NCBI RefSeq assembly: GCF_009914755.1
Contig: NC_060927.1
Direction: 5' to 3' (one strand)
DNA: 64,000 nucleotides
DNA from: the human T2T-CHM13v2.0 reference genome, Homo sapiens
Both the position numbers and the translations under genes were made by a program. A model generated the notes under the pieces. The model made no database searches, had not been told where the DNA came from, and worked only from the letters and a program-made list of their open reading frames with translations. Each line of letters begins with the position of its first letter. Position 1 is the first letter of the stretch. Shown piece after piece: positions 1 to 14,094 of this stretch.

Positions 1-2315
1 GAATAAGATTTAAGGAAACCTACAGGTAGGAGGCTTCTCTTGTAGAATTTGCAGCTCTGGGCTTCAGGATGCTCACCCCTGAATGCACATAGAAGTTGCC
101 AGTGTGTCTTTTGGCCTGCTTCTTGTCTCCTGTAGCTTTTGGGTCTAGAAACAGATATGGCTGTAGTCATTCAGAAACCAAAAAAGCTGTCCAGAGACAC
201 ATGAGATCATTCGCCAAGCACTACACTCTGACCCTGCGTCGCCTCACTTTGGAGCCAGGTCAGTGAGTGTTGTCTCTTGTACTCTTCTAGGAACTCAGAG
301 TTATCCCCTGAGTGGGGAAGGCTGCTGACCATCACTAGCGTCTTCCCTGGACCTGCTCCCTGACAAATCCACATGCTCTCTGGATTTTGAGTGGCTTGCA
401 AAACTCAATAAAATTCCACCTATGCCCCCAAAGAATTCAAGTGTAATATTAGAGTTAGTAGCCACTGCTATCATCACTGTCAGGAGTCAGAGGTGATAAA
501 AGCTGTTTATGGTTCAGAACCAGATTTATGGATCCACAAACTCTCTGGTGTAGCCTAGAAAAGGTAAGAGAATACTTCTCACCTTTGATATGCAGTCGAA
601 ATCTCCAGTCCTTTATTTACGGAGGAGAGTGGCTATTTTTGAACACTAACACAATGACTCTGGCTTTGCTGCCTAACTACGAGGAGAGTTCCAATTTCTA
701 CCTGGGCCCAGACCCCTGATTACTGCTCGATGATCCCCTAGGTTATCTCTTCTTTGACCTCCATGACAACAAACCATTATGTGGGTGGTTAGCATTTGCC
801 TGTCTCTGGACCCTGATGTTAGCCTACTACTCTTTTTCTATTACATGTAACTGGCTGATCTTTCATGTCTGCTTGTCTCCCATGGACATCCAAATAACCA
901 TCTCTCTGTTTCACCCCTGGTGGAAAAAACATGAAAATCCATGTTTGTGATCTGTATTTGTAAGTCAGAGAGCAGCTTTGTTACCATCAAATGCTATATT
1001 TTTATGATATTGACATCCTATAATCAGAATCATTCTTTGGAGCACAGATCAAAGAGAAAACAGAAAGCCACAACAGTTCCCAGTACTGTAATTACAAAAC
1101 AAAATAAACAAGCAAAACATATGTTGGGCGTTTCATATATTGGGGTACCTGTTCAGTATCAATGTGATACCATGAGTAAATTTTTGTTGTTTCTATTTTG
1201 GTCATCAATTTTCTTATCTATAAAAAAAGACAGTTGCACTCACTGTTCTCCAGAGTCCTTCTGAGCACAACTCACCTAAAACCCCCTTTTTAAAACATCA
1301 AACTGTATATTAACAGCTAACCTTAAATGAGAAGATAGTCAGGAAAACCAAGTGTGTAATTGTGGCTTGGAGGATGGGATTAGGAGTTGCCCCAAACTGT
1401 CCTGTGCTTCCTGTCTGTATCAGCTTCGGTGAGTGCAGAAAAGACTGACCGTGTCTGTGAACACTCACATAGATGTTTTGACTACTTGGTGGTGAGCACA
1501 CCTCTTTCAGGTAGGATAGGCTCTTTCTCTGAGTCACTGACCAGCCCTTGTTGACTGTAATCATCAGAGGAATGAGAATATTATCCACGGAAAAAGGGAT
1601 TATTGTTTTTTTCCGAGGATCACAAAGAGACTTGTAAATAGTCCTTTAATTCCATTTTTCTCAACTCAAGAAGATACCACACTTGTAATTCCTGCCTGCA
1701 ACACAGCTTGGATTGAATTGTCATGAAAAGTGCCATCTAATTTCAGTAGCTAACCATGACTACTAGTGACACTTGTATGTGTTTAGCCTTTCACTGATGT
1801 TTTTACATCTATTATCTCACTTTATCCACAGAATAGCACACCAAGGCAGGTGCAAGAGATATGATCATTTAACCGATAAGGAAACTGAGACTCACAGAAG
1901 TAAAAGCACTTGTCTGGGTCGCACAACTAAAATCTGGATTTTCTGACTCCAAATGGTGATTTTTCTTCACAATCTCAAATATGGAGATATTTTATATTCT
2001 TCCTGATGTCACAGTGCCATCTGTATTCAGTAGCTATTGACCATATATTGTAAGTTCAGATATTATAGTCTATTACATGCCTCTAATAGTACACGCAAAA
2101 GCAAGTATGTCATCATGGCGTTCCTCTTTATAATACAAAGTCACTCAGGTGCATCTCTAATAAACGGGATGGTTTCTTGCGGCGGCTTTTGCTAGAGTTG
2201 CCTAATACCACCCAGTCAGGGAAAAGGTACACTGGGCAAGGAGGGCTAACCCTGTGCTTCCACTGGAAACAAGCCTAAATCTTTGTACACGTCCGCTATT
2301 GATTCCTAATTATCA

Positions 2316-2331
2316 CCAGGAGATGGCGCTG
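2316..2331 (+). promoter_or_regulatory. Candidate CTCF site
   Basis: CCAGGAGATGGCGCTG is one mismatch from the CCASYAGRKGGCRS core and lies in a locally CpG-enriched non-repeat patch. Confidence 0.5.
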
Positions 2332-5151
2332 TGCATTAGTAAACATCCGGCTTACAAAAGTACAGGGTTTCAGGGAAAGAATCACTGGGGAGATGGTAAA
2401 TGAGACAAATGTTTGTGAGGGAAAAAATATTGAACAGCTGATGCAGGACGAAGGCACATTTGTGGGATTTAGAAGATGGAGTATAAAATTGTGACTTTTT
2501 CATGAGGCATGTAAAACAATTATTTTGCTGTTACTTATTAGAATATTGCTGGAGAGTCAAATCAAACAGAAATTGTTCTATTCAACGCAATGGGTAGGTG
2601 CTCAGTAATACGGGCGAATGTTTGCACTCTGTTGACATCAACCTAGCTCTAGAAATGTTAAATGATTATCCAGTTATTTCCCAATCCGAGAGTTCTTTCT
2701 TCTTTGCCCAAACTGCTTACTCCAAGCTGTGTCAGCTATGAAAGTAACCTTTGTCTCTTACGATGATCCTCCTTGTGCTTATTTTTGTATGTAAAAAATT
2801 TTAGGCTCATAGCTTTTTAATGAATTTAAGAAAAAAAAATGTGTTCTTGTTTATGTTACTGTTTCAATGAGAGTGAAGTGTTTTCACATCTTGCAGACTT
2901 AGAGCCCCCTCGATTTCATCAAGGTCTTGCAGTCTGAGGGTCTAGCAGTGTTGTAGTTTCAGTTTCAGATATACGTCTAAGATTTTTTATTTTTGAGATC
3001 TCATAATCTTGCAGTATTTATTCGTAGGTTATTACTTAAAAGAAAGTCCCAAACAAGTGGCCAAGAAATTTAAAAGAAAGTTAAAATGAGTCTAATTAAA
3101 GCTGAAATTAACGAAAATTCTGATAACATCAAAATTTTAGCGTTTTGGTGGCCCAAAGTATTTGGGGGCTGAGCCAAAAAGAAAAGAAACAACTACTTTG
3201 ATTCCTAGTGATTCCATTCTAAGCCCTGCCAGATGGATTAAAGCCACAACATCTCTACAGACATTTCAAATTCTGCTTGAAGCAACAAACTGATCAGTCC
3301 TTTACTCTAGCTAACAGAGGAAAACAGAGGAAAGTGGATCACTTCTTAGAGAAAAAGAAACAAATAAAACTATATATATAAATATATGCAGTATATATAT
3401 TTTATGCATTATACATATTTTATATATATTCATATATTATATAGTATATATACTATACTACATATATACTGTATGTACTATATACTATTATATATAGCAT
3501 ATATGTAGTATAGTATATATACTACATATACTATATATAATATATAGTATATATAGTATATATACTATATGTGATATATATACTATGTATATATGCATTA
3601 CTTCAGTATTTCCTTTTATACAATATATTAGCATAAAATGAAAATTATAAAACATGAATAAGTAGGAGAATATGACCTATGACAAGGAAATATTCAGTAA
3701 ATAAAAAGACATTTAACAACCAAATGTTTGAATTATTAGACAAGAACTTTGAAACAATCATACAAATATATTAAAGAATTTACAGGAAAGGACAGATATG
3801 ATGAGTGAGAAAATAGGACATTGCCGGATAAACCTGAAAGCAATTAAAAAATAGAAAATCTAGAACTAACAAATATAGTATCAGAAATAAAATTATTGAA
3901 TGTGATTAAAAGCAGATTGAACATAACAGAAGAATGTATCGGTGAACTTTCTGTTTGTTGAGTCAATAGAAATCATCCAATATAAAGCACTCAGAGAAAG
4001 AAAATACAGAAGAAAATGGACAAAGTCTCAAGGACTTCCGAGAAACTATAAATTAGTCAAATATAGGTATAAATGGAGAGCTGTGAGGACAGAAGAGAGG
4101 ACACTGAACAAAGCAGCATTTGAAGAAATAATGGATACAAGTTTTCAAATATGATTTCTGAAAACACAATTTATAGATCCCGGAAGCTCCAACGACAAAT
4201 TCCAAAGACAGTGAGTGCAACAAACAGAAAAAACTATACTTAAGAATTTCCTAGGAAAGCTGCTGCAAACTAAACATTAAAAAATACAGTCATGCATCAC
4301 TTAACCATGGAGATACATTCTGAGAGATGTGTTGTTGGTGATTTTGTTGTCATGCGGACCTCATAGTGTGTACTTACACAAACCTAGATGGTATGTTTAC
4401 TATAAACCTAGGCTATATGGTATAGCGTGTTGTTCCTAGGCTGCAAACCTGTGCAGCATGTTACTGAACCGAATACTGTAGGCATTTGTAACATAATGGC
4501 AATTATTTGTGTCTCTAAACATATTTAAACATGTAAAAGGTACAGTAAAATACAGTGTAAAAGGTTAAAAAGTGGTACACTATATAGGGCACTTGCCATG
4601 AATGGAGCTTGTAGAAGAACTGGAAGTTGCTCTGGGTGAGTCAGTGAGTCAGTAGTAAGTAAATGTGAAAGCATAGGACATTACTGCACACAACTGTAGA
4701 TTCATAAACGCTGTACACTTAAGCCACACTAAATTTATTAAAAATGGTTTTCTTTCTTCAATAATAAATTAACCTTAGCTGACTATAACTGCTTTACATT
4801 ACAAACTTTTTAGTTTTTTTAACTCTTTTGTAATAACACTGAGTTTAAAAAACAAATACATTGTGTAGCTATATACAAATATTTTCTTTCTTTATATCCT
4901 CACTCTTTGTTTCTACTTTTAAATTTTCTTTTTTTAAACTTTTTTTTTGTTCAAAACAAAAAATAAACACATATATTAGTCTAGGCCCACACAGGGTCAG
5001 GATCATTATACCATTCTCGTCTGTCTCCACATCTTGTTACACCAGACCGTCTTTAAAGGCAGTAACATGCATGAAGCTGTCATCTATGATAACAGTGCCT
5101 TCTTCTGGAATACCACCTGAAGAACCTGCCTGAAACTGTCTCACAGGTAAA

Positions 5152-5165
5152 TCTGTCTATATATC

Positions 5166-5210
<45 letters not shown>
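5152..5210. repeat. (TCTA)n microsatellite
   Basis: About 10 perfect TCTA units. Confidence 0.95.
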
Positions 5211-5261
5211 AATCTAATTAGAAGGACTATACTCTGAAGTAAAGATAAAAAGTGTAGTATG

Positions 5262-5551
<290 letters not shown>

Positions 5552-6048
5552 GTGTAGTATGACAAATACATAAACTACTACATAGTCACTTATTATCATT
5601 TTCAAGTGTTATGTAGTATAGAAAATTGTGTATGCTGTATACCTGGAAGCAGAGTTGTCTTCTTTACCCTAGCATCACCACAAACACAGAAGCATAGTAT
5701 TGTGCTATCATGTTACAATGGCTATGAGTTCGTCAATAAGTGATAAAAATTTTTCAGTTCTATTGTAACCTTATGAAACCATCATTTTACATGTGGTTTG
5801 TTCTTGACAAAAACATTGCTATATGGCACATGACTATATTTTAAAAGAAACTAGAGAAAAAGAGACATTTATATAGTAGAACAATAATAAGAATGACAAA
5901 ATCTCATTAGAAACAGTGGAGGTTAGAAGACAATGACAAAAGTATTTAAAGTGCTGAAAGGAAAAAAGAACTGTCAAACTCAATCTCTATGTACAGAAAA
6001 AATAATTTTATAGGTAAAGTTGAGGCATTTCACACAAAACCTGAGAGA

Positions 6049-6400
<352 letters not shown>

Positions 6401-7368
6401 CTAATACAGGAACATAAAAAGAAATTCTTCAAGCTAAGAAAAATTACATCAGATGAAAGTCCAGTTCTGTAGAAATATATGAAAATAACCAGAAAGTGTA
6501 CATATGTAGATAAATATAAAATATCTTTTAACTCTGTCTAAACACACACTCACACACTTCTTATAACACCTGTGTTTATGCAGAAGTTATTTAGGAGTCT
6601 ATAACATATGGAATTGAAATACATGTTAACAAAAGTACAAAAAATATGAGGGGCAATGAAATTATGTTACTGTAGGGTTTTTAAAGTGTTTATGAAATAG
6701 TCTGACATTATTTGAGGGTAGCGTGATCAGTTAAATTTTAGAAATGTATACCAAAACAAGTCATGATTGACCATAAAGAAGACTGGACATGAGGATCAGA
6801 CATATTCAGAAAACAGGTGAAATACTTTTTTAAAATCCAAGATGGTTAAGATGGTACACTTAAAAAATATACTTACATATAATTAAACTGGTTTAAATAT
6901 TCTGTGTGAGAGGCAAAGATGGTCAAACTGAATATGGAATCAAGAACAATGATATGCTGCTTACAGAAATTACCTTTTAAATACAAATGCAGAGACAGGT
7001 TAAAAGGAAAAGTATGAGAGATAATATACCGTACATATTCAAACATTTTAAAAGGTGGCATTTCCATATTAATATCAACCAAAATAAATTTTAGAACAAG
7101 AAGTATTACCAAAATTAAGGAAGGATATTTCAGAGTGATGAAAGAGTCAATTCCTCAAGAAGACGAAACTGGCAAAACTGAAGAGAAAAATAATCTATCA
7201 TCATAATTGAAGATTTGAACACCATTTTTAGTAATTGATAGAATAAGTCTAGAATTAATAGAGCAATGATTTTAATCAACTTAATCCTGCTGAAATGTAC
7301 ACAGAGCTTCATCAAATAATAGTAAAACACACATTTATTTTACAGTTACTCTAGTTAAAGTCAATACT

Positions 7369-7760
7369 TGTGCGGTGTAGAGAGATAGCCTTCAAAGATG
7401 TACACATTCTAGAACTTTGAAACTGTGAATGTGTTATGTTACATGGCAAAGAGTTATTAATGTTGTTAATCATCAGAACTTAAAGTAGGGATATTATCCT
7501 GTATTATCTGATTGGGCTCAAATGTAACCACAAGTGTTCGTAAAAGCGAAAGAGGGAGACAGAAGATTCAGTGTCAGAAAAGGTGTGACAATAAAAGCAA
7601 GATTGAAGTGGTGTAGGGTAAGGACTTAACCTGCTATTTCTGCCTTTGAAGGGAGAAGGGAGACATGAGCCAAGAAATGTGGGAGCCTCAAGGAATAGGG
7701 AAAGACAAGGAAATGGATATTCCTCTAGAACCTGCAGAAGGAACTCAGCTCTTTTAGAGC
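7369..7760 (+). mobile_element. MaLR LTR (MLT1D-like), 3'-truncated
   Basis: Motifs CTGTGAATGTGTTATGTTACATGGCAAA, ATTATCCTGTATTATCTG and TCCTCTAGAACCTGCAGAAGGAAC. Confidence 0.7.
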
Positions 7761-7769
7761 TATGAAAAG

Positions 7770-10165
7770 TAAGGAAAAATACATTATGCATATCTTTTTA
7801 TTTGTTTTATTTCTAGTACTCTGTTTTTGTGTCTACGTGAATATCCAGTTTTCAGATTCTATATTTCTTCTGTCTGAAGAATTTTCTTTAGCACTTCTTG
7901 ACAGCATGTCAGGAATCTTAACAATCAATTTTCTCAGTTTTGGTTTCACTGAATAAGTCTTTATCCATTTTAAAAGAAATTTGCTTAAAGTATAGAATTC
8001 TGGGTTGTTAGTGATTTTCTTTCAGTGCTATTAAGATGAGACTCCATTGTCTTCTGATTTGCATAGCTTCTAATGGTAAGTCTACTGTAATTCTTGTCTT
8101 TGTTTCTCTCTATATAACGCGTCTTTCATTCTCTAGTTGTCTTAAAAATGTTGTTCTCTTTGGCTTTCAGAATTTTGTGTCTGGTCTGTTTAAGTTTATA
8201 TGAGTTTGTTGGATAGTCCTACTGTTCTTGCAGCTCAATTACATATATAGTTTGTTGTTGTTGTTGGATTTTGTTTTGTTTTGTTTTTGAGACAGGGTCT
8301 TGGTCTGTTGCCCAGGCTGGAGTGAAATGGTGCAAACACAGCTTGCACTCTTGGGCTCAAGCAACACTCCTGCCTCATTCTTCCAGGTAGCTAGGACTAC
8401 AGGTGCAGACCACCACACTTATTTCATTTTTAAAAACAATTTTTGTAGAGAGGGGGTTGAACTCCTGTCCTCAAACAATCCTTCAAGAAGCACATAGGCT
8501 TCTCAAAGTGCTGAGATGATAGGCACGAACCACCGTGCTCAGCTCAATTGCATACATGGTAAACCTTTAGATATTTTCCACAAATTCTGAGAGGCTGCAT
8601 CTTGTTTTTTATTTAAACAAGTGAACGAAACCAAAAGGTTTTATTTTCCCTCTTTGCTTTTCAATTTGTGTTATTTCTGTTGACTTACCTTAAAGTTCAT
8701 TGATTCTTTTTTTGACCATGTCAAGTTTACTGATAAGTCCATTGAAGAAATCCATTATGTCTGTTACTGTGTGTTTTACTTACAGCATTTCCATTTTATT
8801 CTTTCTTTTGTTTTCATCTATCTGCTGAAATTACACATCTGATTGTGCATAGTGCAAACCTTTCTATTACAGTCTTCAATAGATTAATTATAGTTATTTT
8901 AATTTTTCTGTCTGATAACAAAATCTGTGTAACATTTGAGTTTGGTTTTGTTGATTGCTTTGCTTTGTAACAGTGTGTTGCTCTTTCTTGTTTATTTGTA
9001 CATCTCTTATTTTTGTTTTTAGGCTAGACATCTTTTGCAGAGCAGTAGAGACTGAATTAAATTGTTTTTGTGCTTGGAAATGGGCATGGCTCTCCACCTT
9101 TTCAGCTTTTGATTACTCAACCTAGTGAGAAGTAGATTTGCTTTTGGATTTTTCAGTTGTTATGGCTACTCTTAGTGCAGTACAGGCTTTAAATTCCTCT
9201 AGTGTTACTTTTCATTTAGAATGGAGATGAGTTTTCCAGAGGGTTTTCTTAATATCTATTCTACTCTGAGCTTTGTCTTTTTTTTTTTTTTTGGTCCTGT
9301 ACTTCAGAGAATGCCTTCATTCATGCTGTTTCCCTCCCTCAATAGTAGACAGCAGTTACTTGTTATCCAACTCTTATTAGCCTGGTTCAGAGGAGGTTTG
9401 AAAATATTCTCTGTTTTTAATTTCCCTTAGTTTTAGATAGGCACTGTGTTCCTGGGTCTTATTAGAGGTTCTATCTTCTCAGTGGTTGTACTGCATTATA
9501 AATCATAAGTTTGACCTCACTAAGTATTTATGACCTTCTCTGATTAAGAAATAGATTTATTTATTGTGCCGTTATCCAGCTACAACAAGTTTCCACCAAT
9601 GTCTTAAGCTTAACAGAATATATTATCTTTCTATCAGTGGTGCAAGTATTTTGTTCTATAAGAGATTTAGAGGAGAAGAATCTACGTGGGCTTTGTGCTT
9701 TCCATGCAACAGCTGCAATCACCCTTCCCCATATCTGCATCCACCCTTCCCCATATCTGCATCGTATGGAATGATTGATTGCTCATATTCCTTGCCCTAC
9801 TCCAATCTTTCTTGCTGAGCACCCACCTAGGTCTGTGAACAAGAGCCTGTGAGTCAGTATTAAATTTCTTCACAGGTTTTTTTTGTGTTTTGCTACCTCA
9901 CACTCAGCCTTTGGCAAATTTATGTTAACGAATTTAGCCAAATTTTTCTCACTATGGCCAGGAAGATTCTGCCTCAGGTGATCTCTGTTGCTGCTTACCT
10001 TTTCTTATATTTTTGGTTAGTTGTTTGTCCCAACACATGAACTGTCTGATGCGTTTAAATAAAGTTGGGAATTTGAAAATTGGCCACTTTTTGCTGTTCT
10101 TGTGAGTGTAGGAGTAATACCCTTTTAAGCTCTTTACTTCCTTAGCAGAAGCTGGGATTTTTATA
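7770..10165 (-). mobile_element. Old L1M 5' region (UTR/ORF1), inverted relative to the flanking L1
   Basis: T-rich; antisense ORF1-like motifs (TATAGAATTCTGGGTTG, CTCCATTGTCTTCTG). Confidence 0.6.
8251..8545 (-). mobile_element. AluJ
   Basis: Diverged Alu with a (GTT/GTTTT)n tail; degenerate TSD CAATTRCATAYATRG. Confidence 0.85.
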
Positions 10166-10175
10166 TAGTTATTTA

Positions 10176-12380
10176 AAGTGCACATGCAGCATCTATCAAC
10201 ATTGATGATAAACTGGGTCATAAAACAAATCTTACTGAATTTGAAAAGATTGAAATCATATAGAATATGTTCTTTGATCAAAACAGAACTAAGTTATGAA
10301 GTAATAGTAACAAAATATCTATAAAAGCACCCAATACTTAGAAATTTAACAACAAAACAACTCACCACCACCAACAATAAAAACACACACAAATAAATGA
10401 AATAATAATTTAAACCAAACCATGATAAAAATTTAACACATCGATATTTATGAGGTGCACATAAAGAATGTCAAAGGAAAACTTATAGCATTAAATACTT
10501 AGAAAGTAAAAAGTATTAAGGTCATAAAATAAGGTTGCAACTTGGTTATATAAAAACAAGAGCAAACTTACCTGCTTGATCCTGCTGGTAACAAAATAAA
10601 ATAATTTAAAAAAATAAAATTTAAAAAGAGTAAAAGAACACCAATCAATAAGGAAAAAGGCAGATTTTTTGAAAATATTAATAATATTGATAAATATCTA
10701 GAGGGACTGCTCAAGGGGAAAAAAGAAAAAATATTTACTACTAATAAAGAAATGAAAATAAGACATAACTACAGATCTTATAGACGTCGAAAATATAAAA
10801 ATTTATGAACATGTTTACATGTATAAATTTTACAACTTGGAAACAATGAACAAATTTTCTGAAAAACACAATTTACCCAATCTGACATTATTAGTTTTCT
10901 AATTCTGCATTAAAAAATATCCACAAGTGCAGAGGCTTAGAATGAGATTGTCTAACATGTCTGTAGATCACCAGTCCAGGCATACCGCAGCTAGGTTCTC
11001 TGCTCATGGTATCACAAGGCGGAAACCAAGGTGTTATCTAGCCGGTGTTCTTATCTGATGCTCAGAGTCCTCTTCCAATTCTTCCAGTTCTGGTAGAATT
11101 GAGGATATTAGGTCCTTGAGGTCATTCGGTACTTCCTGAATCTCTACAACATGAAAATTTTCATTTTTTAAATCAACAGGAGAATCTCTCTTTTCAACAA
11201 GAGGCAGAATCCCTGTTTTAAGTGCTCTCTGATTAGGCCAGGTCTATCTGCAAGAATCCTGCTTTTGATGAACTCACAGTCATCTGCTTAATTACATAAT
11301 CATATGATAAAATGCCATCATATGGGATTTTACAAGTCCTGGTATATTCTCTTTGAAAGTGGACTGGGCATAATAAGGTGTTATGAGTAGAAAAGAAAAA
11401 GGCAGCTCACGCTAATAATCCCAGCACTTTGAGAAGCCGAGGCTGGTGGATCAGTTGACGTCAGGAATTCAAGACCGTATGGCCAACATGGGGAAACCCC
11501 ATCTCTACTAAAATAAATAAACAAATATATATTTTTTAATTTGACTACTCATAACACAAGTTCATCCCACATTGAAGGAGAATATACCAGGCATGCACAT
11601 TAGAAGGAAGGAAACTTGAAGGCTATCTCAGAATTCTTCCTAGCATACTGACCAATAAAAGAATCAAATCTGAATATTTCTGTATTTATTAAATAAATTA
11701 AATGCAGAGTTTTTAAAAATTCTATTAATATATTTTAAGCTTAGCCTTACTGGTTGCTATACAAAATATTTAGGAAGAATTAAACTAGTCTTACCTAACT
11801 CATTCAGAAGATAAGAAAGAGGGAACAAGTCTAGACTTACTTTATGAAGTTGGAGTAATCTAGATCGAAACTCTACTAAGTACAAAACGAGAAAAAAATT
11901 AGACCAATCCTCCTCATGAACATAGACATAAAATTAATCAACAAATTATTAGCAGGTCAAATTCAACAATATCTGAAAGAGACAATACACAATGATCAAG
12001 TAGATTTTATCCGAGCAATACAAGTTTGACTTAACATTAAAAATTAGCCAATATAACACAACTTAATGAGCAGTAGAAAGTAACATAATTATCTCATGAT
12101 GTGCAGAAAAATATTTCAACAAAATTCACATCTTTTCATGGCAGAAATGACCAAGAAATAAGAAATAGAAAGCAGTTTCCTCAATCTAATAAACAGCATC
12201 ATAACAAAATGAAACTCACATCGTGCATGCATCATATGTAATGGTGAAATGTAGAAATGTTCCCCACTAAATTCAAGTAAAAGAAAAGGATGTCTTTTAA
12301 ATAGAAGATGTCACAACCTCTGTTTAACTTTTTTCTAGGACTCCTAGGCAGTACAATGAGTCAATAAAAATAAATAAAAG
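10176..12380 (+). mobile_element. L1M ORF2 (continuation of the 3640-7340 element), interrupted by an MLT1 LTR at about 10890-11650
   Basis: AAGTGCACATG..CTGGGTCATAAAACAAAT..GATTGAAATCATATAGAATATGTTCT; ORF2-like through TCCCCACTAAATTCAAG. Confidence 0.7.
10890..11650 (-). mobile_element. MaLR LTR (MLT1E/F-like) containing an Alu left-monomer fragment (about 11401-11520)
   Basis: TATTAGTTTTCT..GCTAGGTTCTCTGCTCA.GGT.TCACAAGGC.GAAA.CAAGGTGT is a typical antisense MLT1 pattern. Confidence 0.55.
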
Positions 12381-12752
12381 TCATAAATAAATCAAAGTGA
12401 GATTTAGTTTAAACAAAACCACCCCAAGTCCTGTTATAGTCAAACTATCAAAAATTAGACAAAGAGTATTCTGAAAGCAGCAAGAGAATGAAGCAAATTT
12501 CATATAAGGGAATTCCAATATGACTAACAGCTGAATTCTCAGCAGAAATCTTACAAGCTAGGTGAAAGGGAGATAACACTCAAAATTCTGAAGGAAAAAA
12601 CTCCCAACAAATAATACTGTACTTGGCAAAACTGTTCTTCAGCAATAAAAGAGAGAAAAAGTTCCAAGACAAAGATGTAGAGAGTATCAACAGCAGGCCT
12701 TTTTATAAGAAATGCTGAGGGGAGTTATTCAAGCTGAAAGAAAAGGACACTA

Positions 12753-12950
12753 CAGGTATACCCACAAAATATTGTGGGTTCAGTTTCAGACCACCACAAT
12801 AAAAGCAAATATTGTAATAAAGTGAGTCACACTGTTCTTTTTTTTTGTTTTTTCAGTGCATATAACAATACTTTTACACTATACTGTAGTCTATTAAGTG
12901 TGCAACAGCATTATGTCTATAAGAATAATATGCATATCTTAATTTAAACA
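12753..12950 (-). mobile_element. Tigger1 terminal fragment
   Basis: TA|CAGGtATACC..ATATTGtGGGTTCAGTTtCAGACCACCACAATAAA matches a Tigger1 end. Confidence 0.8.
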
Positions 12951-12955
12951 TAGTT

Positions 12956-13558
12956 GATCATTTGAGCCCAGGAGTTCTGGGCTGTATTATGCTATGCTGG
13001 TTGGGTGTCCACACTAAGTTTAGCATCAATATGGTGATTTCACAAAGCAGAGGACCACCAGGTTGCTTAAGGATGGTTGAGCCAACCCAGGTCAGAAATG
13101 CAACAGGATAAAACTTTCATGCTGATTAATATTAGGTCCAGAGATAGCCAGCCCAGAGATTCTGGACAGGCCATCTGATATGGTACTAAGCAGAATTCCT
13201 GCTGGAGTCTTTGGGCTGGCTGGCCTGGAGCCTGGGTTAGCAAGTAGGTGAGCCTGAAGCCTGGTTACACTTGGGTGAATGTGTTGATTTGGTCTGCTAG
13301 GGTAGGCCTGGAGTCTGTATTCCTAGATCCTCCAGAGCTTCCCTGGTTCTGGGGCAAGACTGAAGCCTGCTGCCACTACAGTTGGTCTAATTATGATCTG
13401 AACCTGAACCCCAAGGTTGCTAAGTTGAGTTGGTGAAGGGGCAATCCTGGAAATGCTATGGCAGGTCTAGCATTGTAGCGGGTCCACTAATAGCCTGTGA
13501 GTAGCCACTGCACTCTAGCTTGAGCACCACAGTGAAACCCCATCTCTTAAAAAAAAAG
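12956..13558 (+). pseudogene. 7SL (SRP RNA) retropseudogene, 5'-truncated, split by a ~355-bp insert (13137-13490)
   Basis: Matches the 7SL S-domain, which Alu lacks (GGAGTTCTGGGCTGTA..GGGTGTCCaCACTAAGTT..GCATCAATATGGTGA..GACCACCAGGTTGC.TAAGG). Resumes at 13491 with GCCTGTGAgTAGCCACTGCACTC...CATCTCTT and an A tail. Confidence 0.88.
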
Positions 13559-13589
13559 AGAAGGAACTATAAAGGATCATAAAGGTCTA

Positions 13590-14094
13590 CAACTGCCTAT
13601 TGAAAAACATAGGGAATAGGGGGCACCGATCCACTGCACAGTCAAAAATCTATATTTAACTTTTGGCATCCCAAAAACTTAACTACTGATAGCCTATAGC
13701 CTACTGTTGATGAGGCACCTTACCAATAGTGTAAACAGTTGATCAGCATGTATTTTATGTGCTATATGTATTATATATTGTATTCTTACAATAAAGTAAG
13801 CTATAGAAAAGAAAATATTATTAAGAAAATCATAAGGAGGGTAAAATATATTTACTATTCATTAAGAGGAAGTGTGTCATCATGGAGGTATTTTCCTCTT
13901 GTCTTCATGTTGAGTAGGCTGAGGAGGAGAAGGCAAAAAAGAGGTTAATCTTCCTGTCTCAGGGGTGGCAGAGGCAGAAGAGATGGATGAGGTGGAATGA
14001 AAGGCAGGCACACTTGGTGTAATATTTATTTTTTAAAGATCCATGTATAAGTGGATCCCCACAGTTCAAACCCATGTTGTTTGAGGGTCAACTG
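13590..14094 (-). mobile_element. Tigger2a/2b-like DNA transposon
   Basis: Ends AGTTCAAACCCATGTTGTTTGAGGGTCAACTG|TA; TA at both flanks; sits inside an L1 ORF2 fragment that runs on to about 14520. Confidence 0.75.

Noticed and set aside
3370-3600. Palindrome-rich (TA)n low-complexity block (similar at 63810-64000)
   Set aside because: Ordinary degenerate microsatellite; self-complementarity is intrinsic to TA repeats.
12956-13558. Functional 7SL RNA gene
   Set aside because: 5' end missing, heavy CpG decay, large insertion and an A tail mark it as a retropseudogene.
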